Assembly (NCBI GenBank): GCA_017471705.1
Contig: JAFUSH010000040.1
Span: forward strand, 19,915 to 83,914
Length of the DNA stretch: 64,000 nucleotides
Direction of reading: 5' to 3'
DNA from: Alphaproteobacteria bacterium
Lineage (GTDB): Bacteria > Pseudomonadota > Alphaproteobacteria > RF32 > CAG-239
Position 1 is the stretch's first letter, and every line of letters starts with the position of its first letter. The translations under genes and the position numbers were made by a program. Below are positions 28,317-38,649 of the stretch, piece by piece. The notes beneath the pieces are model-generated. The model saw nothing but the letters and a program-made list of their open reading frames with translations. It did no database searches and was not told the origin of the DNA.

Positions 28317-31300
28317 ATGTTTTCAAAGTTTTTTATTGAAAGACCGCGTTTTGCCGTGGTGATAGCCATTGTTATGGCATTGGCTGGTATAGTTTCGGTT
28401 ATGACAATGCCAATCGGAATGTATCCGGAGATTGCTCCGCCGGAAATCAGAGTTTCTACCAACTATTTAGGGGCAAGCGCAGAAACGGTTGCCAACAATG
28501 TCGGAATTCCGTTGGAAAAAGCTATTAACGGTATCGAGGATATGCTGTATATGTCGTCCAATTCATATAACTCCGGCGCTTATGATTTGAGTATCGCTTT
28601 TGAAACCGGAACCGACCCTGATTTGGATCAGGTAAAAGTGCAGAATCGTATTCAACAAGTGGTCAGTACCTTACCTAAAGAAGTTCAAGACGTGGGTGTT
28701 ACTGTTCGCCGCCGCTCATCCGACATATTGGCATTTATACAGGTTACTTCACCAAATGGTACTTACGACAGCAATTTTCTTAATAACTATGTAGAAAACA
28801 ATATTAAGATTGCAGTGAGCAGAGCATACGGCGTAGGAGAAGTAAATGTTATGGGCGCCGCTACGAGTATGCGCGTTTGGATAGACGCGGATAAAGCAAC
28901 AGCTTTAAATATTCCGATTGATACGATAAAAACCGCCATTCAGAGCCAAAATGTTCAACCGTCGCTTGGTTCTATAGGTTCGGCTCCGGGAGACGGCAAG
29001 CAGGTATTGGTATATTCTTTGGAAACAAAAGGACGTTTAAATGATCCGAAAGATTTTGAGAATATCATTGTACGCACCGCGGAAGAAGGCGGATTGGTTC
29101 GCCTGAAAGATATTGCCCGTGTTGAATTGGGTTCGGAAAACTATTTGTTGCATTCCACAGTTGACGGTAAGCCTTCCGTGGCAATGATTATTAATAAATC
29201 ATCGGGAGCTAATGCAGTTAATGCGATGAAAGCAGTGAGAGCCGAGCTGAAAAAGCTTGAAAGGTTTTATCCTGAAGATTTTGAATTAAAAATTTTTGTT
29301 GATACCACAGATTTTATTTTGGCTTCAATTGAAGAGGTTTTCTTTACTTTATTACTTACTTTTGTGCTGGTTGTATTGGTCTGCTACGTATTTCTGCAGG
29401 ATTGGAGAGCAACTCTGGTTCCGTCCATTGCCATACCGGTATCCATTTTAGCCACCTTTGCCGTTATGAAAGTTCTGGGTTTTAACTTAAATATTCTGAC
29501 GCTGTTCGGTCTGGTATTGGCGATAAGCTTGGTTGTGGATGATGCAATTGTGGTTGTGGAAAGAACATTGCATCTTATGCAAGAAGAGAAACTTTCTTCT
29601 AAAGAAGCTGCAATAAAGGCGATGGAACAGGTTTCCAGCGCGGTTATCGCCACAACTTTAGTGTTATTGGCAATTTTTGTGCCGATTGCTTTTATGGGCG
29701 GCATTACCGGAAAAATATATCAGCAATTTGCCATAACCATCAGTTTTGCAATTGCCTTTTCCGCCATAAATGCTTTAACCCTGTCTCCGGCAATGTCTGC
29801 CACGTTTTTGCGTCCGATACAAAAACATTCAACCGGATTTTTCGGATTATTTAACAGAATGCTGGAAGGGACAACTAATAAGTATTTGGTTATTATCGGA
29901 TACATCGGACGTAAATTAAGCGTTATAGCGTTTATTTTAGGCATCATAGTATTAATGATTGTATTGTTTATGAAAATAACTTCAACTTCATTTTTGCCGA
30001 GTGAAGATCAAGGTTTAATAATGATTAATGTGCAATTACCCGAAGGTGCTTCAAACGTCAGAACCAAGGCTGTAAACGATAAAATCAGAGAAATAGCTCA
30101 AAAGGAGCCTTCTGTTAAATCCATATTGAATTTGGAAGGTTTCAGTATTATGGCAGGACAAGGCGAAAACGTAGGCTTTGGTGTATTATCACTTAAAAAT
30201 TGGAGTGAAAGAACAGCAGATTCTGAATTTTCAACCAATATTTTAAGAAGATTATCCGCTCAAACCACCGGAATATCAGAGGCAAAAATTCAGATGTTTG
30301 AAATGCCGGCTATTCCGGGGTTAGGCTCAACCAACGCAATGGATTTCAAAATTCAATCGGTGGAAAGTTCGGATATGAACGAGTTGGAAAAGGTAGTTCA
30401 GAATTTTACCTCGCAAGCAATGGCGTTACCGCAAATAATGATGGCTTATTCTACTTTTAATGCTCAAACTCCGCACGCATATATTGAAATTGACCGTGAA
30501 AAAGCCGAATCCTTAGGAGTTGCCGTCGGAAGTATTTATTCTTCGCTGCAAACTTATGTCGGTTCAAGCTATATTAATGATATAAATATCGGAACGCAGG
30601 TTAATAAGGTAAAAATGCAAGCCGATTGGAAATATCGTAAAGATTTGAGCAGTTTGAATAAAATATATGTATACAGTAATAAGGGACAAATGGTTCCGTT
30701 AGGCAGTTTAATAAAAGTAAAAACAGTGCTGTTACCGCGCGGTATTGAGCGTTACAACCAATATCCGAGCGCAACCATTAACGCTATGGCACACGCTAAT
30801 GTAAGCTCCGGCGAAGCTATGCAAGCACTTGAAGATTTGGCAAACAGAATATTACCGAAGGGTTACACCTACGCTTGGTCCGGTGCCAGTCTGCAAGAGA
30901 AGAACAATCAGGGGCAAATATATTATATAATTGCTTTTGCAATTTTATTTGCTTATTTGTTTATGGTGGCGCAATATGAGAGTTGGATGATTCCTCTTTC
31001 GGTGATGCTGTCGGTTACGGCGGCTATGCTCGGAGCTTTACTCGGTTTGTTTATTACCAAAATGTCGTTAAGTATTTACGCTCAACTCGGTTTGGTGCTT
31101 TTGGTAGGTTTAGCAGCTAAGAATGCTATTTTGGTGGTGGAATTTGCCAGAGATGCACATAATGAAGGAACTCCGATATTGAAAGCTGCCATTTACGGAA
31201 CTAAAGAACGTTTCCGCGCAGTGCTGATGACGGCATTTACCTTTATTTTGGGTGTGGCTCCGCTGGTATGGGCAAGCGGAGCATCAGCCGGAAGCCGCAG

Positions 31301-31427
31301 CGCCGTGGGTGTGCCGGTGTTTTCGGGAATGATTGTCGGTACTATCGGCGGGTTGTTGCTTATTCCGTTAATGTATATTCTGGTGCAAAATATTACCGAA
31401 TATAAAAAGAAGAAACAGAATGACTGA
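28317..31427 (+). CDS. RND efflux permease (AcrB/HAE1-like)
   Basis: 1036 aa. MFSKFFIERPRFAVVIAIVMALAG start, 12-TM duplicated architecture. Confidence 0.95.
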   Translation: MFSKFFIERPRFAVVIAIVMALAGIVSVMTMPIGMYPEIAPPEIRVSTNYLGASAETVANNVGIPLEKAINGIEDMLYMSSNSYNSGAYDLSIAFETGTDPDLDQVKVQNRIQQVVSTLPKEVQDVGVTVRRRSSDILAFIQVTSPNGTYDSNFLNNYVENNIKIAVSRAYGVGEVNVMGAATSMRVWIDADKATALNIPIDTIKTAIQSQNVQPSLGSIGSAPGDGKQVLVYSLETKGRLNDPKDFENIIVRTAEEGGLVRLKDIARVELGSENYLLHSTVDGKPSVAMIINKSSGANAVNAMKAVRAELKKLERFYPEDFELKIFVDTTDFILASIEEVFFTLLLTFVLVVLVCYVFLQDWRATLVPSIAIPVSILATFAVMKVLGFNLNILTLFGLVLAISLVVDDAIVVVERTLHLMQEEKLSSKEAAIKAMEQVSSAVIATTLVLLAIFVPIAFMGGITGKIYQQFAITISFAIAFSAINALTLSPAMSATFLRPIQKHSTGFFGLFNRMLEGTTNKYLVIIGYIGRKLSVIAFILGIIVLMIVLFMKITSTSFLPSEDQGLIMINVQLPEGASNVRTKAVNDKIREIAQKEPSVKSILNLEGFSIMAGQGENVGFGVLSLKNWSERTADSEFSTNILRRLSAQTTGISEAKIQMFEMPAIPGLGSTNAMDFKIQSVESSDMNELEKVVQNFTSQAMALPQIMMAYSTFNAQTPHAYIEIDREKAESLGVAVGSIYSSLQTYVGSSYINDINIGTQVNKVKMQADWKYRKDLSSLNKIYVYSNKGQMVPLGSLIKVKTVLLPRGIERYNQYPSATINAMAHANVSSGEAMQALEDLANRILPKGYTYAWSGASLQEKNNQGQIYYIIAFAILFAYLFMVAQYESWMIPLSVMLSVTAAMLGALLGLFITKMSLSIYAQLGLVLLVGLAAKNAILVVEFARDAHNEGTPILKAAIYGTKERFRAVLMTAFTFILGVAPLVWASGASAGSRSAVGVPVFSGMIVGTIGGLLLIPLMYILVQNITEYKKKKQND

Positions 31428-32700
31428 AATACGTTTGCAATGCGCCGAAATAATTCAGAAAATACTGGAAGATAAAGTTTTTTTCGGTGAGTTAAAAAAC
31501 GATATTGCGGAAAGAGAACTGCCGTTTGCCAATATGCTGGTCTTGACCTCGTTGCGTTATTGGACGGCATTAAATGCGGTATTAAAAAAATATGTTACAA
31601 AAAAAATACCGCATAAACACAGATTGTCAGAATATCTTCTGAAATCGGCAATTTGCGAGCTTCTTTTTATGGAAACGGCTCCGTATGCGGTAATCAATCA
31701 AACAGTGCAAAACATAAAACAAAACTGTGATAAATTCTTAGGCGGAATGGCAAATGCGGTGCTGAGAAAAATAGCGGCGCAAAAAGAACAAATATTGAAA
31801 GATATATCCGATATTTCATTGCTTCCGGAGAGCTTTTTGTCTTTGCTGTCCGGATATTCCGAACAAGAAATAAAACAAATTTCCGAAAGTGCTAAAATAG
31901 TACCGCCGTTGGATATTACCGTAAAAAACGATCATACTCAATGGCTGCAAAAATTTACGGCAGATTTGTTGGCAAACGGAACATTGAGAATATATAATGC
32001 AACGAAAATACAAAATTTACCTGAATATGCTTCAGGAGAATGGTGGGTGCAAGATGTTGCTTCATCTTTACCGGTAATAATCGCCGGAGATATAAAAGGT
32101 AAAAAAGTTATCGACCTATGTGCCGCTCCCGGTGGAAAAACAGCGCAATTGGCTGCAAAAGGCGCAAATGTAACGGCGCTGGATATTTCCGATTGCAGAA
32201 CGCAAACATTAAAACAAAATATGCATCGTTTAGGGTTTGATAGTGTGAAGGCAGTAGTTGCCGACGCTTTAGATTATATGAAAAACAGTACGGATAAATA
32301 TGACGTCGTATTACTTGACGCACCTTGTTCGGCAACCGGAACATTTCGGCGGCATCCGGAAGTTTTGCATATAAAAAATATAACAGACGCGCAAGAACAG
32401 GCACATCTGCAAAAACAGATGCTTGAATTGTGTAGTAATATATTGAAAAAAGATGGTATTTTGATATATAGCGTATGTTCTGTCTGCAAGATGGAGGGAG
32501 AAGAACAAATTGCCGGATTTTTGCAGAAACATAAAGAATTTAGGCGCTTGAAAATTGATACAAAAGACATTTCATTATCAGGAAAATGGGAAGATAATTT
32601 AATTAATGAAAGCGGAGAAATCAGAACAATGCCTTATTATTTGAAATCACAAAAAGGAATGGATTCGTTTTTTATTTGTAAAATGCAAAGAATAATTTAA
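31420..32700 (+). CDS. rsmB: 16S rRNA (cytosine967-C5)-methyltransferase
   Basis: NusB-like N-terminus, DLCAAPGGKT SAM motif and DAPCSATGTFRRHPE catalytic motif. It overlaps the RND gene by 8 nt. Confidence 0.85.
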   Translation: MTEIRLQCAEIIQKILEDKVFFGELKNDIAERELPFANMLVLTSLRYWTALNAVLKKYVTKKIPHKHRLSEYLLKSAICELLFMETAPYAVINQTVQNIKQNCDKFLGGMANAVLRKIAAQKEQILKDISDISLLPESFLSLLSGYSEQEIKQISESAKIVPPLDITVKNDHTQWLQKFTADLLANGTLRIYNATKIQNLPEYASGEWWVQDVASSLPVIIAGDIKGKKVIDLCAAPGGKTAQLAAKGANVTALDISDCRTQTLKQNMHRLGFDSVKAVVADALDYMKNSTDKYDVVLLDAPCSATGTFRRHPEVLHIKNITDAQEQAHLQKQMLELCSNILKKDGILIYSVCSVCKMEGEEQIAGFLQKHKEFRRLKIDTKDISLSGKWEDNLINESGEIRTMPYYLKSQKGMDSFFICKMQRII

Positions 32701-32741
32701 CAAATTAAGGTTATCATAAGTTAAATTTCGGAGGTAATGCT

Positions 32742-33812
32742 ATGAATGATTTGCTGTATTTTTTTATTTGTGTTTTATTCGGCTTTGCCGGAATGTATAT
32801 AGGGTACAAACCGCAGAGTGATAAATATGCTCAAACTTTGAAATTTTCTTATTTAATGCTACCCTTGCCGTATATTTATGTATTTTATGCGGTTTGCGCG
32901 ATATTTGCTTTTTTCCGGTTGAATAATAATGATTTTATTGAAGATTTGACTTTCTGGCGAGTGATTGTTCCATTGATTTCGGCACCGATAATTTACGGGG
33001 CTTGTACGGTATTGAGTGAACGTCGTGCATTACTCATAACGATTGTCTGTGTAGCGTTGACCGTATGGCTGCAGCCTGTCGGTGAAGGCAATTCGTATCC
33101 GGCATTGCCGATATGGTTGCTGCAGATAATTATATTGATATTGGCTTTCGTCTATTGTTGGGGCGCAATGTTGAATAATTTTTTACCGCATACGCTTTTA
33201 ATTCCGCAAATTACACTCCTTTTGGGACTTGCCGGAATGGCTTTTCTGGGCGCGGCTCCGTTGTATATTGCTCTTTGTGCCGGTGCTTTGCTCGGAGCTT
33301 TAGGGGGGTACCTGAGCATAAATTTTTATGATGTTAAAATAGAAATTGATAATGCGGCGGCAATCACGTTATCGTATATGGTATGTTCACTTGTTTTAAT
33401 GAATATCGGAGAGATGGGATTGCCGAGTTGTGCTATCTTGACCTGCGTATTTTGGGTGGAGTTGTTAACTGCTTTATGGCGGTACTTTTTTATTTCACGC
33501 TCCGGTTCACTGTATGAAAGTACTAATTACTACATTGCGGCACAAAGGCTTACGGTCAAAGAATTGGTTGTCAGCATATCTAAGGTTTCTGCCGTTATGA
33601 TGTTTTTGGCGTGGTTCCAATTATACTCGGTTAATAACTATTCATTGGTAATTGTCGCTTTTTGCGTGGCGCTGTGGCTTAACGGTTCAATGGGTTCAAT
33701 GAGCGGCGGTAAGCAGACTTTGCGCGAAATAAATCAGGATGTTATGGAAAATATTAAACAGGGGATTCAAGAAACAAAAGACGCATTATCACAAAGACGC
33801 AAGGATAAATGA
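32742..33812 (+). CDS. Polytopic inner-membrane protein, unknown function
   Basis: 356 aa with ~9-10 hydrophobic segments and a charged C-terminal tail. Confidence 0.6.
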   Translation: MNDLLYFFICVLFGFAGMYIGYKPQSDKYAQTLKFSYLMLPLPYIYVFYAVCAIFAFFRLNNNDFIEDLTFWRVIVPLISAPIIYGACTVLSERRALLITIVCVALTVWLQPVGEGNSYPALPIWLLQIIILILAFVYCWGAMLNNFLPHTLLIPQITLLLGLAGMAFLGAAPLYIALCAGALLGALGGYLSINFYDVKIEIDNAAAITLSYMVCSLVLMNIGEMGLPSCAILTCVFWVELLTALWRYFFISRSGSLYESTNYYIAAQRLTVKELVVSISKVSAVMMFLAWFQLYSVNNYSLVIVAFCVALWLNGSMGSMSGGKQTLREINQDVMENIKQGIQETKDALSQRRKDK

Positions 33813-33813
33813 T

Positions 33814-35145
33814 ATGCCGTTGGACGAGAGTTTTAAAAATATAAGTTATGTCAATTCCTCATCACGGGAATCTCTCGGAATGTTCAGAGTGACGGTAGTT
33901 GCTTTTGAAGACAGGTGCAATCTTAATTGCGGTTTAAGATTTGCCGAATTGTTAAAACAAAATCCTTTGTTTAATGTGTATTTTTTGAATGAGGCATTTC
34001 CTAAAGGTTTTTTAAATCTCCAAGGTCGTAATTTTTTTGATTTTATTGATCAGGGCAGCCGAATTATGGAAACTAACCATAGCGACATTGTGATTTGGGG
34101 TTATGAAGAAAACGGAAAAATAAGACTAAATTTTCAAACAGCGAATCAGTATATAATTTCGGATGACTTGCATTTTTCTTTGTTAGACAGCCTCTTTGTT
34201 CCGTTGAATTATTTTTCGAATCCGGAAAGTTTTTCGGCGTCTTTAATGCTGCTTATAAGCGGTATAATCATAGCTTCGGTTAATCCGGTTACAAATGAAC
34301 AAAAGCAAAATAAACCGAAGTTATTGAAACAAATTATAAAAAAGTTGGCAGAAGATACTTCGCCTAAAGATATGTCGCGTGAATTTATGCCGTTTATAAT
34401 GAATATGTTGGGAAAGGTCTATTTGGCAGGAACAAAGGATAATTTGAGTGAAGATGACGCGGAAATTATTGAAAGTTTGTTATCCGGTGCCTTAAAAAAT
34501 GAGCAATATATGCGCTTACCGATATATTTCGGAAGTGTTTATAATAATTTGGGGCAATTGCACGAGGTTGCATTTCGCCAAGAATGCAAAGACGGTTCCG
34601 AACATCTTAAAACGGCAATAAAATATTACCGCGAAGCGCAAAAATACCATAATCGCAATTATCCTTACGATTACGGTTTTATTTCATATCGTTTAGCCAT
34701 ACTTTATTTTGAATTTTGGAAGCAAACCGGTGATTTGCAAGCATTGCGCGATACAGTTTCGCAAATGCGCGAAGCGGAAAAAATGTATACCATATCTCAA
34801 TTTCCGACTTCGTGGAGCTATATTGAAGGAATGCTCGGATATTATTTGACTTGTTTGGGAATGGAAACCCAAAGTAATGATATTATGCAGTTGGCGATTA
34901 ACAGCTATCACAATAAGCAAAAAATATATGATCAAATGCGCTATCCGCAGGAATGGGCGGCAATTCAGGATGAAATAGGAAATATTTATTATTTGCTCGG
35001 TAAACAAAATAATGATGATAATTTTATGTATGAAGCGCGTAATTATTTCAATTCGGCTTTAGAAGCATACAAAAAGGTTAAAAATAAAAAGGCGATTCAA
35101 GAGATTAAACAACGGTTGGATAAAGTAAAAAATTATATCGCCTGA
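33814..35145 (+). CDS. TPR-like repeat protein, unknown function
   Basis: Start taken at ATG 33814, 1 nt after the upstream stop. The C-terminal half has TPR-like Y/A/L periodicity (AIKYYREAQKY, ALEAYKKV). Confidence 0.55.
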   Translation: MPLDESFKNISYVNSSSRESLGMFRVTVVAFEDRCNLNCGLRFAELLKQNPLFNVYFLNEAFPKGFLNLQGRNFFDFIDQGSRIMETNHSDIVIWGYEENGKIRLNFQTANQYIISDDLHFSLLDSLFVPLNYFSNPESFSASLMLLISGIIIASVNPVTNEQKQNKPKLLKQIIKKLAEDTSPKDMSREFMPFIMNMLGKVYLAGTKDNLSEDDAEIIESLLSGALKNEQYMRLPIYFGSVYNNLGQLHEVAFRQECKDGSEHLKTAIKYYREAQKYHNRNYPYDYGFISYRLAILYFEFWKQTGDLQALRDTVSQMREAEKMYTISQFPTSWSYIEGMLGYYLTCLGMETQSNDIMQLAINSYHNKQKIYDQMRYPQEWAAIQDEIGNIYYLLGKQNNDDNFMYEARNYFNSALEAYKKVKNKKAIQEIKQRLDKVKNYIA

Positions 35146-35197
35146 CCTTGAAAAAAATTATGATGCCGTTTATTTGGAATACAGGGAGGAAAATGGT

Positions 35198-35800
35198 ATG
35201 GTAAATTGTATAGAGCAAGACAGTTTACGGAATCGCCGTTCCGTTTACGGTTTGGGAAAGTTGTCAGCTTCGGTGAACGGATGTTTGGAAGATTCCATAA
35301 AATCGTGTTTGTTGAATTGTCCTACGCCTTTTAATGTTCAATCGGCAAGACTTGTTATTTTGCTTAATAAACATCATCAGATTTTGTGGGATAAAATATG
35401 GAATAATTTAAAGGGAATCATTCCGAGCCAGCGCCAAAAAGTTACTGAAGAAAAAATAAAAGGCTTTGCCAAGGCATACGGAACCATATTGTTTTTTGAA
35501 GATAAAGATGCATTACGAGAACTGAAAAAACAATTTCCGGCGTATCGTAAAAATATGAAAATATGGACGCAACAGGCAAACGGAATGCTGCAATTTATGA
35601 TATGGCAAATTATGGCGGAAAATAATATAGGAGCATCGCTGCAGCACTATAACGAAATTATAGAAGATGATGTATATTCAATGTATGATTTGCCTAAAAA
35701 TTGGGAGTTGGTGGCGCAAATGCCTTTCGGAAGCATAGAAAAAGAGCCTGCCGAAAAAACTTTTCTGCCGCTTGACGAGAGAGTTAAAATTTTTAAATAG
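35198..35800 (+). CDS. Nitroreductase-family protein
   Basis: RRSVYGLGK and PTPFNVQSARLVIL resemble the nitroreductase fold N-terminus. ATG 35198 follows an AGGGAGG SD. Confidence 0.65.
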   Translation: MVNCIEQDSLRNRRSVYGLGKLSASVNGCLEDSIKSCLLNCPTPFNVQSARLVILLNKHHQILWDKIWNNLKGIIPSQRQKVTEEKIKGFAKAYGTILFFEDKDALRELKKQFPAYRKNMKIWTQQANGMLQFMIWQIMAENNIGASLQHYNEIIEDDVYSMYDLPKNWELVAQMPFGSIEKEPAEKTFLPLDERVKIFK

Positions 35801-35837
35801 CAATATTTCAAAACAATTTTATACGATTAAAATTATC

Positions 35838-35866
35838 TTGACATTAAAGTAGGTAAAAACTACCAT
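35838..35866 (+). promoter_or_regulatory. Sigma70-like promoter of the radical-SAM operon (TTGACA-17-TACCAT)
   Basis: TTGACA at 35838-35843 and TACCAT at 35861-35866. A 9-bp imperfect hairpin (35870-35894) lies in the ~50-nt 5' UTR. Confidence 0.4.
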
Positions 35867-35922
35867 TCTGTATGCACATCGTGAATGCGCATACGGTTAC
35901 CAATTGATACAGAGAGGCTCTA

Positions 35923-37071
35923 ATGACAGATAATTTCAATTTTGATATTTCTCCGAAGTTTATTGATTATTTTGATAAAAGAGTAAAGCAGGTATTTTTT
36001 TATACTACGGAATCTTGCCATCTTCGTTGCAAGCAATGTTTATATAAACCTAATTTGTTTTTCCAAATGAAACAGCGAAAAGAAATTCCGTTGGAAGAAA
36101 TGATAAAATTAGCGGAAGATTTTCATAAATTGGGGGCTGTTAAAGCAACTATTATGGGCGGCGAACCTTCTAAATACGGTGATGAAAAACATAATGATTT
36201 ATGCAGATTTATTGCAGAACTGCGGCGGATAGGATACACATATATAAGAATGGATACCAACGGTCAATTTGAAGATGATATGCTGGCGCTTGACGGTATG
36301 AAAGAATTGGATGAAGTATCTTTCAGCATTGACGGATATTCTCCTCAGATAAACGATATTTTGCGCGGAGAAGGTTCCTTTGAAAAATGTCAAGCCAATA
36401 TAAAAAGAGCCGTGGAATTGGGATATACCGTTGATGTTACGTCTTGCATTCATCCGACACTGTTGCAAGAAGATGATAACGGACAGCTGAATATTGAAAA
36501 GATGATTTTATTTGCACAGAATTTGGGTGTCAGAAATATAAATTTCCACGTTTTGTTTAAACACGGTTTTCCGATGGATACGTGGACGGAAGATACGGCG
36601 GTTACGCCCGAGAGATGGATTGTTGCCCGCGATATTTTGGCAGATGCCGTTACTAAAAATAAATATAAAATTCACGTCCGTATTCCGTATCATTTTATTG
36701 CCAGAGAAGAGTTTGATAAGAATCCGAAATATTACGGATATTGTCCGGCTAAACTCGGCGAAAGATTATTGGTTCATCCGGACGGTCAAATCCGAATTTG
36801 TTCGGGGTTGATAAGTTCTAAATACTGTGTAGCACATTACTATGATAATAAAATTGTTTGGGAAGAAGGATATCTTAATGAATTAAATGACCACGATTTG
36901 AATAATCCGACACCTTGTACCAATCAAAGTAAAGGAATGAAGTGCGGAAATTATTGCCCGTTATGTTTTTCATTCAAACCGTATCAAAAAGAATATGTTT
37001 GGAAAAACAAATTGAAATGGGAAGAAGCTAATGATCAGAAATGCAACATTTTCGATAACAAATCGGTGTAA
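35923..37071 (+). CDS. Radical SAM enzyme with a Cys-rich (SPASM-like) C-terminal domain
   Basis: CHLRCKQC (CxxxCxxC) and the GGEP motif. The C-terminus carries CPAKLGERLLVHPDGQIRIC and CTNQSKGMKCGNYCPLC. Confidence 0.85.
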   Translation: MTDNFNFDISPKFIDYFDKRVKQVFFYTTESCHLRCKQCLYKPNLFFQMKQRKEIPLEEMIKLAEDFHKLGAVKATIMGGEPSKYGDEKHNDLCRFIAELRRIGYTYIRMDTNGQFEDDMLALDGMKELDEVSFSIDGYSPQINDILRGEGSFEKCQANIKRAVELGYTVDVTSCIHPTLLQEDDNGQLNIEKMILFAQNLGVRNINFHVLFKHGFPMDTWTEDTAVTPERWIVARDILADAVTKNKYKIHVRIPYHFIAREEFDKNPKYYGYCPAKLGERLLVHPDGQIRICSGLISSKYCVAHYYDNKIVWEEGYLNELNDHDLNNPTPCTNQSKGMKCGNYCPLCFSFKPYQKEYVWKNKLKWEEANDQKCNIFDNKSV

Positions 37072-37972
37072 CAGCCGATGTCGAATCTGCAATATTTGGA
37101 AAATATCCGATTTTTCCGATGAGCTTTCCGTATCGGAAATAGGCGATTTATTTTCCAAACCGTTTTTTGAAAGTTTGGATACGATAAGCATAACCGGCGG
37201 CGAGCCTTTTTTACGCGATGATTTGAAAGATATTATCTGTTTAATAAATAAAAAATGTCCGAATGTAAGACGTATTTTTCTCAATACCAATGCGTCATTT
37301 CCGGCAAAGGCATTAAAAATATGCGAGTTATGTACAAGTTTGTTTGATGAAACGATATTGAGCGTTTCTTTGGACGGCCGCGAACCGATTCATAATGAAT
37401 TAAGAGGAGTGAACAATTATCACAATGTAATATCACTGGTTGAACAAGCGTCCGGAATAGAAAATGTAAAAGTTTCATTATCAATGACGCTGTCGGATAG
37501 AAATTGCACTGTTGAAGATTTGCAATATGTCCGTGAATTGGCGAAAAAATATTCGGCAATGTTCAGCTTTCGCTTTGCGGATACTTCGGAATTTTATTAT
37601 CGAAATTCAGAGTTGAGCTTGACGGTTTCGGACGAAAAGAAAAAAATGGTTGCCGAATTTATAAAAGAAAATTGTCAAGACAATGAATTTTTGCAGATTT
37701 TGCGAGAATATATCGAAAATGGGAAAATTCCTTTACTAATTGATGAACAGGGAAAAAATCGTTGTCTGGCCGGAAGGGAATTCGTGTTTATACATCCCAA
37801 CGGTGCAGTTTCACCGTGTTTGTACAGTTCCCGAACGATAAATACTCTGCATTACCGAGCAGAAAAAATAAGATTGGGAGAAAAAGAAAAATGCCCGTGT
37901 TGTACGGATTGTGCCATTTACCCGATTATTGAATATCAAAAACGAAAACTGAAAAAGGAGGACAAATGTTAA
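37031..37972 (+). CDS. Radical SAM enzyme with a twitch/SPASM-like C-terminal domain
   Basis: CNSRCRIC (CxxxCxxC) and ITGGEPFLR. The C-terminus carries CLAGREFVFIHPNGAVSPC and CPCCTDC. It overlaps the preceding gene by 41 nt. Confidence 0.85.
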   Translation: MIRNATFSITNRCNSRCRICNIWKISDFSDELSVSEIGDLFSKPFFESLDTISITGGEPFLRDDLKDIICLINKKCPNVRRIFLNTNASFPAKALKICELCTSLFDETILSVSLDGREPIHNELRGVNNYHNVISLVEQASGIENVKVSLSMTLSDRNCTVEDLQYVRELAKKYSAMFSFRFADTSEFYYRNSELSLTVSDEKKKMVAEFIKENCQDNEFLQILREYIENGKIPLLIDEQGKNRCLAGREFVFIHPNGAVSPCLYSSRTINTLHYRAEKIRLGEKEKCPCCTDCAIYPIIEYQKRKLKKEDKC

Positions 37973-38640
37973 ATAGAATAAAACAAATTTTATCGGAAAA
38001 ATTGAAATCATCTTCTCACGATTTAACCCATACTTACAGGGTATATAAAAATTGTATGAAAATAGCGGAAAACGAACCTAATATTAAAGTTGATACAGAG
38101 GTTTTAAGCGTTGCAGCATTACTGCACGATATTGCCCGTCCCGATGAAGACGCTAATCCGGAAAAACATATAGATCACGCTATTTTGGGAGCTCAAAAAG
38201 CGTATGAAATACTTTTGGAATTGGGTGCAAGCAAAGAATTTGCCGAAAAAGTTTCAAGCGCCATAAAAACGCACCGTTTCAGAGGCGGTTTGGTTCCGGA
38301 ATCGATAGAGGCCAAAATATTGTTTGATGCTGATAAACTTGATGTTATAGGCAATATAGGAATTGCGCGTTCTTATATGATTGCCGGCGAGCAAAAACAG
38401 GATATTTACAATGATTGCGATATAGATGAATATATCAAATCTAATTTGGTCGGCGGAGTTTCTTCGGGAAAAATTATAGATATAAAGAAACATACTCCGA
38501 ATATCGAATTTTTGACCAAAGATGTGAATATTCCGAATCGAATGTTTACCCAAACCGGTAAAACTATGGCAAAGGAACGAATTGAAAGAATGAAAACTTT
38601 TTTTGAAGTTTTGAAAAAGGAAATTGACGGGATATTGTAG
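37966..38640 (+). CDS. HD-domain metal-dependent phosphohydrolase (YedJ-like)
   Basis: H...HD...D pattern: LTHTYRV, ALLHDIARPDE and FDADKLD. It overlaps upstream by 7 nt. Confidence 0.85.
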   Translation: MLNRIKQILSEKLKSSSHDLTHTYRVYKNCMKIAENEPNIKVDTEVLSVAALLHDIARPDEDANPEKHIDHAILGAQKAYEILLELGASKEFAEKVSSAIKTHRFRGGLVPESIEAKILFDADKLDVIGNIGIARSYMIAGEQKQDIYNDCDIDEYIKSNLVGGVSSGKIIDIKKHTPNIEFLTKDVNIPNRMFTQTGKTMAKERIERMKTFFEVLKKEIDGIL

Positions 38641-38649
38641 ATAAATAAT

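Noticed and set aside
35872-35907. 11-codon mini-ORF (MHIVNAHTVTN) upstream of the radical-SAM genes as a RiPP precursor
   Set aside because: It starts at or before the predicted transcription start, has no SD and has no Cys/Ser/Thr-rich core. It coincides with the 5'-UTR hairpin. Similarly, the 12-codon ORF at 41073-41111 (MFKILINCQRYE) lacks an SD.
37031-37972. Second radical-SAM protein as a prokaryotic viperin (antiviral ddhNTP synthase)
   Set aside because: The size is similar. However, it carries Cys-rich twitch/SPASM-type C-terminal motifs, and I cannot see the viperin C-terminal nucleotide-binding signature.
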